Positions 12,287 through 21,538 of a stretch of 64,000 nt of DNA are shown here, piece after piece. Position numbers and translations under genes: made by a program. Every line of letters starts with the position of its first letter. Position 1 is the stretch's first letter. The DNA comes from an uncultured Verrucomicrobiae bacterium. Lineage in GTDB: Bacteria > Chlamydiota > Chlamydiia > Chlamydiales > Rhabdochlamydiaceae. The notes below the pieces were generated by a model that was not told where the DNA came from, made no database searches, and saw nothing but the letters and a program-made list of their open reading frames with translations. The stretch lies in assembly GCA_963718565.1 (NCBI GenBank), contig OY970364.1:1600001-1664000 (forward strand). The letters run 5' to 3'.

Positions 12287-12739
12287 TTACATAGCTTCTG
12301 AGCGCTGGACTTTTTTACTCAGGTATGTTTCCTGGTATTGTTTCACGTCGCTGATGTGAATGACCCAAGCGGCACCTTTGCGATGCGCTTTCATCAAACC
12401 TACACGCGTAGCGTAGTAGATCTTTTGCGCAGGGACATTTAACATTTTTGCGACTTGATTGACTGAATAGAAGCCTTTATGATTATCAAAAAGAAGCTCG
12501 CCGTTAAACATCGATTTGGTCCGAGAATACTTTTGTCTTCGGTAATTCTCGAGATCCTCTAAATCAATTGTCCAACGAGTCGCATCTTTAGAAGCTTTAA
12601 GCTTCTTTTGTTTAATGGCAACATAGATCGCTTGACGGGTGACGTTATTTATTTTCGCCGCCTCCGTAATTGAAACGACCTTTTTGCCCGGCGAAGTCAA
12701 AATAGAGCCTTCACCAAGATGGCTGGTTTCTTTTTCCAT
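12287..12739 (-). CDS. euo: EUO-family helix-turn-helix regulator (paralogue 1)
   Basis: Same two-HTH architecture; GGAGG SD upstream. Confidence 0.9.
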   Translation of the reverse strand: MEKETSHLGEGSILTSPGKKVVSITEAAKINNVTRQAIYVAIKQKKLKASKDATRWTIDLEDLENYRRQKYSRTKSMFNGELLFDNHKGFYSVNQVAKMLNVPAQKIYYATRVGLMKAHRKGAAWVIHISDVKQYQETYLSKKVQRSEAM

Positions 12740-13105
12740 GATTTAAATCCTCCAAAAAAAATCAAAATAACTCTTCAATTAACGTCTTAAATTGATGTTG
12801 AAATCGCTTTAAATCAGCAGCTTACCAATTAGAGACGCATTTTTCGTCGTTTTTATAAATTAAACGATTCTAATACTCACTTTGATCATTAATTATGGCA
12901 TATAAATGAATTGATTTCAAGCATATACTGATTTTTTTTTTGTTAAGACACACAAAATCAAGCTTCTAGATTTTAAGTAATTAATTATTTTAAAGTGGCC
13001 ATAAACATCTGATTTGCTATAAGCTACGCTTATAATGGGGATGGGGGTCGTTTGGGCCCCAGCAGAAGAAAGATTCAAGTCCTTGTGCGTTAATTAATTA
13101 AAAGG

Positions 13106-15079
13106 TTGATTATGCTGTTGCGCTGGATTGCTTCATTGTTAATGATGATCCTCTTTTTATTTCCATATTTAGAAGCGAAGCCCCCAGAACTTTCCGCAAA
13201 AGACACAAGGATTAAAATTGAAGAAATCCTTAAAGCCCATGTTTGTCATCAAAAATTAACAGAAGAAATTGTGGATCGAGCGATTCAAAACTACCTTGAA
13301 GAACTTGACCCCGGCAAAACTTATTTTTTAGAGTCCGATATCCACCAATGGATCAGCCCTTCTAAAGGACTTTTAAGCCAAACATTGGAGGGGTATAAAA
13401 AAGAAGACTTTTCCCTATTTGAAAAAATCCATGATCAAATGCTTTTGGCCATTGACCGCCGGACGGGATTGGAAAAGCAGATCGAAAATGCTCCTCTGCT
13501 TAAAAACGTACAAACCTCTGAATTTAAAGATATTAAATGGGCGAAAACCTCTGAAGAATTATCCGATCGTCTCTTAAAGATCAAATCTGTTCAATTACAA
13601 ACTGCGGAAAAATTCATTCCCGAAACTAAGGATCAATTCCTTCAACGGCTTTCTAAGCGAAGGCTTAACCGTGAGGCTGAACTCACAGGGGGATCAAAAA
13701 CAGAAAAACAGCAACTCATCTTATCTTATGTGCTTAAAGCCACTAGCTCTGCCCTCGATTCCCAGACTATTTATTTCACTCCTTCTGAAGCCAGCCAATT
13801 TATGATTCAAGTTCAACAAAAACTTTTCGGAATTGGCGCTCAACTCCGCGATGATCTTAGCGGATTTACAATTGTTCGCATCGTGGAAGGCAGCCCAGCA
13901 AGTCAAGGAAATAGGCTTAAAATCGGCGATAAGATCGTTGCCGTTGATCAAGAACCTGTGGTCGGAATGGACATCACAGAAGCGGTAGAATTGATCCGTG
14001 GCCCCCAGGGATCCAGCATCACATTAACACTACTGCGGGAATCCAAAGAAAATGATCTGATCAAAGAAGAGAAATTTAATATCGAGATCGTCCGCGGCGA
14101 AATTGTTTTGCAAGAGAGCCGTCTGGAAACAACTTATGAACCCTATGGGGATGGAATCATCGCAATTTTGCATCTTTTTTCATTCTATCAAGATGAAAAT
14201 AGTTCTTCAGCCTCTGACATAGCCGCTGCTATTGAAAAATTAAAAAATGAACATCGCATTAAAGGAGTGATTCTCGACCTTAGAAATAATGCGGGAGGCC
14301 TCCTGCCTCAAGCTGTTTCAGTCACTGGGCTCTTTATTTCCAATGGAGTGGTGGTCTCTGTTAAGGATAATACGGGAAAAGTTCAGCACTTACGCAATGT
14401 TGAAAACCGCAAAGTTTGGGATGGACCTCTTGTTGTTTTGACCGCGCACACAAGCGCTTCAGCTGCAGAAATTGTCGCACAAACTCTTCAAGAGTACGGC
14501 CGCGCTATCGTGATTGGCGACCCAAAAACATTCGGAAAAGGAACTTTCCAAACATTTACTCTTGAAAGCGCTAATTTTGGCAAGGTCAATCCAAAGGGAG
14601 AATATAAAGTAACACGTGGAAGATACTACACAGTTTCTGGAAAAAGCCCTCAACTTGTGGGTGTTAAGGCAGATATCGTGGTGCCCGGCATTTTCTCTGC
14701 AATGGAAATTGGAGAAAAATATTCAAAATTCCCTGTCGGAACTGATCAGATTCCTGCGAATTTCGACGATGATCTTTCTGACATTCCCGTCATGCATCGC
14801 GGCCAACTCAGAAAAATCTATAAGACAAATCTACAAACAGTCATGACAACCTACCAACCTTATTTGGAATCTCTTAAGAAAAACTCCACCGAGAGAATTG
14901 CTCAAAACAAGAATTATCAAAATCTTTTAAAAGAACTAGAAAAAAAAGACGAGTTTATCGACTCGACTGACTTTTTCGGACAAAACGATCTGCAATTGAT
15001 CGAAACAAGCAATATCATGAAAGATCTCATTTATTTCATGGAACAAAACATCAAAGAGCAAAAAAAAGAAGCAGCCTAA
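13106..15079 (+). CDS. tsp: Tail-specific (S41) protease with PDZ domain
   Basis: GIGAQL, LDLRNNAGG, SASAAEI and FGKG motifs; signal peptide. Confidence 0.92.
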   Translation: MIMLLRWIASLLMMILFLFPYLEAKPPELSAKDTRIKIEEILKAHVCHQKLTEEIVDRAIQNYLEELDPGKTYFLESDIHQWISPSKGLLSQTLEGYKKEDFSLFEKIHDQMLLAIDRRTGLEKQIENAPLLKNVQTSEFKDIKWAKTSEELSDRLLKIKSVQLQTAEKFIPETKDQFLQRLSKRRLNREAELTGGSKTEKQQLILSYVLKATSSALDSQTIYFTPSEASQFMIQVQQKLFGIGAQLRDDLSGFTIVRIVEGSPASQGNRLKIGDKIVAVDQEPVVGMDITEAVELIRGPQGSSITLTLLRESKENDLIKEEKFNIEIVRGEIVLQESRLETTYEPYGDGIIAILHLFSFYQDENSSSASDIAAAIEKLKNEHRIKGVILDLRNNAGGLLPQAVSVTGLFISNGVVVSVKDNTGKVQHLRNVENRKVWDGPLVVLTAHTSASAAEIVAQTLQEYGRAIVIGDPKTFGKGTFQTFTLESANFGKVNPKGEYKVTRGRYYTVSGKSPQLVGVKADIVVPGIFSAMEIGEKYSKFPVGTDQIPANFDDDLSDIPVMHRGQLRKIYKTNLQTVMTTYQPYLESLKKNSTERIAQNKNYQNLLKELEKKDEFIDSTDFFGQNDLQLIETSNIMKDLIYFMEQNIKEQKKEAA

Positions 15080-15081
15080 AA

Positions 15082-15120
15082 ACCTGAGTTTTGGGCTCCT
15101 TTCATATACTGTGCCCAGGT
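15082..15120. mobile_element. Family H mini-MITE, 39 bp, TSD TAAAA
   Basis: ACCTG...CAGGT ends with TAAAA on both sides; the body matches the end of 20110-20275. Confidence 0.75.
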
Positions 15121-15125
15121 TAAAA

Positions 15126-15803
15126 ATGAAAAAAATGTTTCTTATTCTTTTTGCGTGCGTTTTTTTCACAACAATAAAAGCAGAAAACATTAACTCAGAT
15201 AAAAAAGCGATTGTGTTTGATTTTGGAGGCGTTATCGTTCATCCCAATAAAACGCTGTTCTTCGAGTTTATTAAAAGCATTTTTCAGATCGATGATGCTG
15301 TTCTGCAAAATATCCGAGAAAAGTTCAAAAATGCTAAAAACGCACACACGCCAGAAAGCGTATTCTGGAAACGCACTGCGGAGGAATTACATATTACCCT
15401 TCCTGAAGATTGGGAAATGCAATACGATGCTGCTGTACTGCGCTACTTGAATGAAAGCCAAGAGATGCGCGCTCTTGTTAAGTCCTACAAAGAACTAGGC
15501 TATCGCGTGGCTCTTCTTTCCAATGTCACTGCTGAGCGTGCTATTTTTCTGCGCAATCAAGGATTTTATGAAGACTTCTTTCCTGTTTTGCTCTCCTGTG
15601 AAATCGGTATTGAAAAGCCCGATCCTAGAGCTTACCAGATGATGTTAACCTCGATTCAGGTCTTGCCAGAAAATTGCATCTTCATCGATGACAAACCCGT
15701 CAATATCGAAGCGGCAAAGGCTCAAGGCATCGATGCCATTCTTTTTCTGTCTCCCCAACAGGTCGAAGAAGAGTTGCGCATTCGCCTTAATCAAAACCGT
15801 TGA
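15126..15803 (+). CDS. HAD-superfamily phosphatase with N-terminal signal peptide
   Basis: FDFGGV, LSN, EKPD and FIDD motifs. Confidence 0.85.
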   Translation: MKKMFLILFACVFFTTIKAENINSDKKAIVFDFGGVIVHPNKTLFFEFIKSIFQIDDAVLQNIREKFKNAKNAHTPESVFWKRTAEELHITLPEDWEMQYDAAVLRYLNESQEMRALVKSYKELGYRVALLSNVTAERAIFLRNQGFYEDFFPVLLSCEIGIEKPDPRAYQMMLTSIQVLPENCIFIDDKPVNIEAAKAQGIDAILFLSPQQVEEELRIRLNQNR

Positions 15804-15920
15804 TTATCAACTACTTAAGCATTTCTGGCGGTTTTCTTAAAGGAGTAGCCTTGCTTTCTATGCAGTAAACAGGAAAAATTAACGGATTCTTCTAAGAAAA
15901 GAGGTCAGGTGAATTGACTT

Positions 15921-17420
15921 ATGGACAACGTACGCGTCAGAATTGCTCCTTCTCCTACGGGCGACCCGCATGTCGGCACAGCATATATCGCTCTCTTTAA
16001 TCTCATTTTTGCCAGACACTTTAGCGGAACATTCATTCTCCGCATTGAAGACACAGATCGCACACGTTCGCGTCCTGAGTATGAAACCAACATTTTCGAG
16101 GCGCTTAAATGGGCGGGAATTCAATGGGACGAGGGACCAGATATCGGTGGACCTTACGGACCTTACCGCCAATCGGAACGTACGGAAATCTATCGTGAGC
16201 ACTGTCAAATGCTACTCGATAATGGGAAAGCCTACAAATGTTTTGCCACACCAGAAGAGTTAGCAGAAATGCGTGAAATGGCCGCAAAACTTGGCCAAAA
16301 AGTTGGCTACGATCGAAGATATCGCAACTTAAGCTCTGAAGAGGTGGCGGAGCGCGAAAAAGCTGGACAACCTTATGTCATTCGATTGAAAGTTCCTTTG
16401 ACAGGAGAATGCTCCTTCGAAGATGGAATTAAAGGGCGTATTACCTGTCCATGGGCAGATATCGATGATCAGGTATTGCTTAAATCCGATGGATTTCCAA
16501 CTTACCACCTTGCCAATGTCGTCGATGATTGCTTGATGAAAATCACCCATGTGATTCGTGGGGATGAATGGATAAGCTCGACGCCCAAACATCTGATGCT
16601 CTACGAAAGTTTTGGATGGAAGCCTCCTGCATTTATGCACATGCCTTTACTTTTGGGCAAAGACGGAAGGAAACTTTCTAAGCGCCGCAATCCAACCTCG
16701 ATCTTTTACTATCGGGATAGCGGATACTTACGCGAAGCATTTATCAACTTTCTCACTTTGATGGGCTATAGTATGCCAGAAGATAGAGAGATCTATCCTC
16801 TGGATGCAATTGTCCGAGAATTTGATCCTAAGCGCATCGGTGTCTCCGGCGCCTATTTCGATGTCCTCAAACTCGATTGGATCAATCAACAGTATCTGAT
16901 TAATACGATTTCTGAAGATCAGCTCTGGCATAGGATGAAAGAATGGATTTACAATGATGCTTTCATGAAAAAACTCATGCCTCTATGTCACACGCGGATA
17001 AAAACATTCGGCGAATTCATGGAGTTGTGTAGTTTTTTCTTTGTCAACCACCTCATCTATACAGAAGAACTCCTTTGCCCTGCTCAACAACCAAAAGAAA
17101 AGATTGCTATGATGTTACAAGCGATCCTTTGGAGCATGGATGAACAAGAAAATTGGAAACGTTCTGGAATTGAAAAAGCTGCGCATGAAGCGGCAGAGGT
17201 CTTTGGCGTCCCACTGAAAAAAGTCATCATCCCACTCCTCTACGGATCTTTGACTGGGAAAAAACATGGACCTCCTTTGTATGATTCGGTTGAAATTTTG
17301 GGAAAAGACCGTGCACGAGCAAGGCTGTTAAATGGAATTGAATTTTTGGGAGGAATTTCTAACAAAAAAATGGACGCGCTAACAAAAGGATGGCAAAAGA
17401 AAGATTGTAAAGAGATTTAG
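15921..17420 (+). CDS. gltX: Glutamate--tRNA ligase
   Basis: [11 protein letters not shown] and KLSKR. Confidence 0.97.
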   Translation: MDNVRVRIAPSPTGDPHVGTAYIALFNLIFARHFSGTFILRIEDTDRTRSRPEYETNIFEALKWAGIQWDEGPDIGGPYGPYRQSERTEIYREHCQMLLDNGKAYKCFATPEELAEMREMAAKLGQKVGYDRRYRNLSSEEVAEREKAGQPYVIRLKVPLTGECSFEDGIKGRITCPWADIDDQVLLKSDGFPTYHLANVVDDCLMKITHVIRGDEWISSTPKHLMLYESFGWKPPAFMHMPLLLGKDGRKLSKRRNPTSIFYYRDSGYLREAFINFLTLMGYSMPEDREIYPLDAIVREFDPKRIGVSGAYFDVLKLDWINQQYLINTISEDQLWHRMKEWIYNDAFMKKLMPLCHTRIKTFGEFMELCSFFFVNHLIYTEELLCPAQQPKEKIAMMLQAILWSMDEQENWKRSGIEKAAHEAAEVFGVPLKKVIIPLLYGSLTGKKHGPPLYDSVEILGKDRARARLLNGIEFLGGISNKKMDALTKGWQKKDCKEI

Positions 17421-17423
17421 CAA

Positions 17424-17444
17424 AAAGGAACCCAAAACTCAGGT
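17424..17444. repeat. Family H right-end remnant
   Basis: AAAGGAACCCAAAACTCAGGT, identical to 20255-20275. Confidence 0.75.
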
Positions 17445-17446
17445 TC

Positions 17447-17584
17447 TTAGCGTTTTTCGACAGGCTCGCTGCTGATCACTTCTTCTGTTGTGTCTGAAAT
17501 AATATAAGGTCGTCTATATCCTCCCCCGCCAGCACAGGCAGATAAGAAAAGCAGCACGAGAAGAAAGAAAGGGAGAAATTTCAT
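17447..17584 (-). CDS. Small 45-aa putative lipoprotein
   Basis: Manual translation MKFLPFFLLVLLFLSAC-AGGGGYRRPYIISDTTEEVISSEPVEKR; lipobox LSAC; AAGGA SD. Confidence 0.6.
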   Translation of the reverse strand: MKFLPFFLLVLLFLSACAGGGGYRRPYIISDTTEEVISSEPVEKR

Positions 17585-17680
17585 AACTATCCTTAGAGTC
17601 AGCCCACAAACCTGTTACTAGACTTGTGGACTCACCCTTACGACCTGGCCTCTTTTTACAATTTTTTTTTACAACTGTCT

Positions 17681-18853
17681 ATGAAAAAGTCGGAATCTAA
17701 AGAAGACATCTCTGCAATTGATCGCCTTCATCCAGTGAAATCGGTCATTAAAGAACGTTATCCCCTCACTAAACCTGGATCGACAAAGAACACCTATCAT
17801 GTTTCTCTGGATTTCCATGATGCGCCCATTCGATTTAAAGTAGGCGACTCCATTGGGATCTATCCTCAAAATGACCCGCACCTTGTTCAACATTTGATTG
17901 GAGCGATGAAAGCACGTGGCAGCGAACGTATTCATGACCCGCGTAGCGGAACAGACATGACGTTATGGGATTTCCTAAGTTTCAAAGCCAATCTTTCTCG
18001 GCTCAACAGTTCTTTTCTTAAACTCTTCTATGAGCGCGAGACGCTGCACGACAAAAAAAACCATCTCCATCGCCTTTTGCAGCAAGAGAATAAATCCCTC
18101 CTTTTACAATACTTAAACACGCACGACCCTCTCGATCTTTTTAAAGAGTACAGTAATATCCAAGCTCCGCTTCAAGAAGTCTGTACACAATTTGGGCCCT
18201 TGCTTCCCCGTTTTTATTCTGTCGCCTCATCACAGCTTGTTTTTAAAAATGAAGTGCATCTCACAGTAGCCCTTTTCAGTTTTTCTCATCAGGGAGAACA
18301 GCGCTATGGCGTTGGAAGTCATTTTCTCTGCCATCTTGCTGCCATCAAAGACACTGAAGTTCCCATCTACGTCCAACCTGCCCACTATTTCACTTTGCCC
18401 CCCGATGACGATGCGCCGATCATCATGATAGGCCCGGGAACAGGCGTTGCCCCTTATCGCGCATTCATGCAGGAAAGATCAGCCAAAAGAGCGCAAGGAA
18501 AAAACTGGCTCTTTTTTGGCGAGCGCAATTGTAAGACGGACTATTTTTATGAAGAAGACTGGACGCGATGGATAGCAGAAGGGAAATTAAGAGTAGACCT
18601 CGCTTTTTCTCGAGATCAACCCGATAAAATTTATGTTCAACACAGAATGCATGAAAATGCTAAAGAAATTTGGGCATGGCTGGAAGAAGGAGCATATTTT
18701 TATGTCTGCGGAGATGCCCATCGCATGGCAAAAGATGTCGAGACGATGTTGCAGCAAATCGCCCAAGAGCAGGGGGGCATGAGCGAAGAAGCCGCAAAAG
18801 CCTATGTCAAAAATCTTCGATTACAGAAACGTTACCTTGCTGATGTTTATTAA
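17681..18853 (+). CDS. cysJ: Sulfite reductase flavoprotein-like FAD/NADPH oxidoreductase lacking the flavodoxin domain
   Basis: RFYSVAS, GPGTGVAPYR, YVCGDA and C-terminal DVY. Confidence 0.85.
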   Translation: MKKSESKEDISAIDRLHPVKSVIKERYPLTKPGSTKNTYHVSLDFHDAPIRFKVGDSIGIYPQNDPHLVQHLIGAMKARGSERIHDPRSGTDMTLWDFLSFKANLSRLNSSFLKLFYERETLHDKKNHLHRLLQQENKSLLLQYLNTHDPLDLFKEYSNIQAPLQEVCTQFGPLLPRFYSVASSQLVFKNEVHLTVALFSFSHQGEQRYGVGSHFLCHLAAIKDTEVPIYVQPAHYFTLPPDDDAPIIMIGPGTGVAPYRAFMQERSAKRAQGKNWLFFGERNCKTDYFYEEDWTRWIAEGKLRVDLAFSRDQPDKIYVQHRMHENAKEIWAWLEEGAYFYVCGDAHRMAKDVETMLQQIAQEQGGMSEEAAKAYVKNLRLQKRYLADVY

Positions 18854-18864
18854 TCCAAGTTGCT

Positions 18865-18968
18865 AATCGATCACCCTTGAAATTCGCTTGGAGGCGAATT
18901 TCAAGGGTGATCGATTGGGCAAGGCCGCAGCCAGTCTAAATTCACAAAACCTGACGGAGCGCGGTATA
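18865..18968. repeat. 23-bp perfect hairpin fused to the right end of family G
   Basis: Arms 18865-18887 and 18894-18916; 18909-18968 matches 33204-33263. Confidence 0.85.
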
Positions 18969-18977
18969 GGTTATCTC

Positions 18978-19540
18978 GTACGTCCTTAAAAACTCATGGC
19001 AAAAGTTGAAGACCATTTTGATCCATGCCAAACTTACCACTTATCGATCTTGATTGGGCACGGATCGAAATGGTCTTCAACTTTTGCCAGAGTCTTCAAG
19101 GAAGTTAATGTACGTGCTACCAGTCAAGGTGTGGCCGGAGAGGCTGTTTGAGTTCATGCCAGAGCAGTCTAAATATAGGGCGCTCTGTTATCAAGCGAAA
19201 GTTTTATTAAGGGTGTAAATAAAAGTGTTGAGGCTAGGCATTGAAATAATGCCTCCATTTCATATGTCGGAAACGCGGACACGCCAGTGCCGTGTTTCCG
19301 ACATATGAAATGGAGGCATTACTTCAATGCCTAGCCTCAACACTTTTATTTACACCCTTTTATTAATGGGTCTGGGCGTTTTGTTCTGACTTTACAAGCC
19401 GCTCAATTCATACTTCCTCGGAGACCTGTGGCAAACACTGAATGTCATTTGGATCCATGCCTGATTGAGATCGATAAATGCAAAGCCTGGCATGGATCCA
19501 AATGACATTCAGTGCTTGCCATAGGTTTTTGAGGACGTAC
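18978..19540. mobile_element. Family A MITE (563 bp including a nested element), 8-bp TSD GTTATCTC
   Basis: GTACGTCCT(T/C)AAAAAC TIRs; TSD at 18970-18977 and 19541-19548. Confidence 0.9.
19211..19357. mobile_element. Family B palindromic MITE (147 bp), 9-bp TSD TTTTATTAA
   Basis: Near-perfect palindrome GGGTGTAAATAAAAG...; TSD at 19202-19210 and 19358-19366. Confidence 0.92.
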
Positions 19541-19546
19541 GTTATC

Positions 19547-20044
19547 TCACTCTATTGTTGTCAAAATGCAGAAACATTGAAGACCATCGCCACAGCCAAA
19601 GTCGGTTAATCCATCTCCTGTTGTTGCAGTTAGTCCCACTTGATCCTTACGAATTTTCATCACTGCAGCAATTCTACTCCGTATCTCATCTATTCGCTTT
19701 TGGAAAAGAGGGCGTTTTCCTTCAATTGTCAAAGCGACGTGTTCAATTCTCTGGCGCCCGAGGGTCTCCATCGCCTTTTCTAAGTAGACTTGACTGTCGG
19801 TAATTCCATCTTTATGACAAAGATCCATAACGATTCCCGTAAGGATTGGCACACCTGAAACAGAGGTAATCGCATTGCAAATAGCATGAAAAACAACGTC
19901 TCCATCTGAATCGTCTGCGAGTCCTGGGACATCTTCGAAAATTAGGCCTGCAATAATACAAGGCTTTGTGGAATCGAGAGGAAGAAAACGATGGCTATCT
20001 TGTCCGATACCCACACGAACCCGAGGGAAAGATGCATGCTGCAT
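19547..20044 (-). CDS. ispF: 2-C-methyl-D-erythritol 2,4-cyclodiphosphate synthase
   Basis: RVGIGQDSH, SDGDVVFHA and ATTGDGL. Confidence 0.93.
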   Translation of the reverse strand: MQHASFPRVRVGIGQDSHRFLPLDSTKPCIIAGLIFEDVPGLADDSDGDVVFHAICNAITSVSGVPILTGIVMDLCHKDGITDSQVYLEKAMETLGRQRIEHVALTIEGKRPLFQKRIDEIRSRIAAVMKIRKDQVGLTATTGDGLTDFGCGDGLQCFCILTTIE

Positions 20045-20109
20045 GAAAACCGACCTCTTAAAAAAGAGAAAACGCTATACTGGCGCAGTATAGCAGAAAG
20101 GCTTTAAAA

Positions 20110-20275
20110 ACCTGAGTTTTGGATTCATTTTATAGTAGATTGTCATAGGTTTCGAGGCAATTTTTGCAAATTTTGGCGCATTCAATAGCTGGAGGCACCT
20201 ATGGACGCGCCAAAATTTGCAAAAAGTGCCCAAAAGATACGGCAAAGTACTATGAAAGGAACCCAAAACTCAGGT
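20110..20275. mobile_element. Family H MITE (166 bp), 5-bp TSD TAAAA
   Basis: ACCTGAGTTTTGG TIRs; imperfect palindrome; TSD at 20105-20109 and 20276-20280. Confidence 0.9.
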
Positions 20276-21381
20276 TAAAAAGTCGTCTTCAACCGAGATT
20301 CCTTTTCGTGACGCTCGAGAGCAAGCTCGATGAGCTTATCTAAAAGATTTGTGTAAGGAAGTCCGCTAGCCATCCAAAGTTTGGGATACATGCTGATCTT
20401 TGTAAAACCTGGAATCGTCTTGATCTCATTGATGATGATCTCCCCATTTTCTTTTAAAAAGAAATCGACGCGAGCCATCCCCTCGCAACACAAAGCACGG
20501 TATGCGTCAATCGCTAACTGTTGAAGCTTTTCAATCACTTCGCACGGCAGTTCAACTGGAGTTTTGTAATTTGCACCTTCTTGATCAAGGTATTTCGCTT
20601 CATAAGAATAAAACTCGTGATTTGGAATAATCTCTCCAGGTAAAGAAACAATAGGATCTTCATTTCCCAAAACAGAACAGACAATCTCTCTCCCAGAAAT
20701 AAATTCCTCAACTAAGACTTTTCGATCGTATTGAAAGGCCTCTGCGATTGCTGCTTCGAAATTTTCTTGATTCTTAACCTTTGAGATCCCCACTGATGAT
20801 CCCAGATTAGCCGGTTTTACAAAAAAGGGAAGCCCGAGCTCTTTAACAACATCCTCAAAACGGAATCGATTTTTCTGATGATCATGCAAAGTGATAAAAT
20901 TGGCGATAGGAATTTTGGCATCGCGTAAAAGACGTTTCATCACATCTTTGTCCATACCGACGGCAGAGCCGAGGACCCCTGCCCCAACAAAGGGAATATT
21001 GGCAAGTTTTAACAGTCCTTGCACCGTTCCATCCTCTCCATAAGTGCCATGTAAAACTGGGAAAATCACATCCAATTGAAGAGATCCTTGCAGCTGATTG
21101 CCAGAATAGCTCACGATTTCTTTCCGATCTTGTTTTGGAACCAGAGCCAAGCTTTCCTTGGCCTCATTTAACCGAACAAGTTTTGGATTGTCAGCATTCA
21201 TTAGATAAGCATACCCATCGCGCAAACGCCATTCTCCAGTTTTATCAATTCCAATTAAGAAAATATCGTATTTTTGGGGATCAAGGGCTTCGACCACATT
21301 TTTTGCAGAGATCAAAGAAACTTCATGTTCAGCAGATTTTCCACCAAAAAGAATGCCGAGTCGGATTTTTTTATTTTTCAT
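20275..21381 (-). CDS. ddl: D-alanine--D-alanine ligase
   Basis: GGKSAEHEVS, HGTYGEDG, GSSVG and YSYEAKY. Confidence 0.95.
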   Translation of the reverse strand: MKNKKIRLGILFGGKSAEHEVSLISAKNVVEALDPQKYDIFLIGIDKTGEWRLRDGYAYLMNADNPKLVRLNEAKESLALVPKQDRKEIVSYSGNQLQGSLQLDVIFPVLHGTYGEDGTVQGLLKLANIPFVGAGVLGSAVGMDKDVMKRLLRDAKIPIANFITLHDHQKNRFRFEDVVKELGLPFFVKPANLGSSVGISKVKNQENFEAAIAEAFQYDRKVLVEEFISGREIVCSVLGNEDPIVSLPGEIIPNHEFYSYEAKYLDQEGANYKTPVELPCEVIEKLQQLAIDAYRALCCEGMARVDFFLKENGEIIINEIKTIPGFTKISMYPKLWMASGLPYTNLLDKLIELALERHEKESRLKTTF

Positions 21382-21393
21382 TTTAGACCTTTA

Positions 21394-21460
21394 GAGGGAA
21401 TTGCGAAACTCTTCGCCACATAAAATCGTGCTTTTGGCACCTGTCGCCTTGGCGTCGGCT
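21394..21460. repeat. Family D end remnant
   Basis: GAGGGAATTGCGAAAC...; reverse-complement match to 12084-12148. Confidence 0.8.
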
Positions 21461-21538
21461 CTCCTACTTATCCAAGATTGACTCTTTAGTTATAAACTGT
21501 CAAACTCGCTTTGTCCATTCCAAAAAATGGTTGTTTGA

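Noticed and set aside
13031..13090. tRNA-like or riboswitch element upstream of tsp
   Set aside because: Only a short hairpin and a TTCAAGTCC-like word; no cloverleaf or known aptamer.
18865..19548. CRISPR array
   Set aside because: The repeats are inverted and nested with TSDs, not regularly spaced direct repeats; no cas genes.
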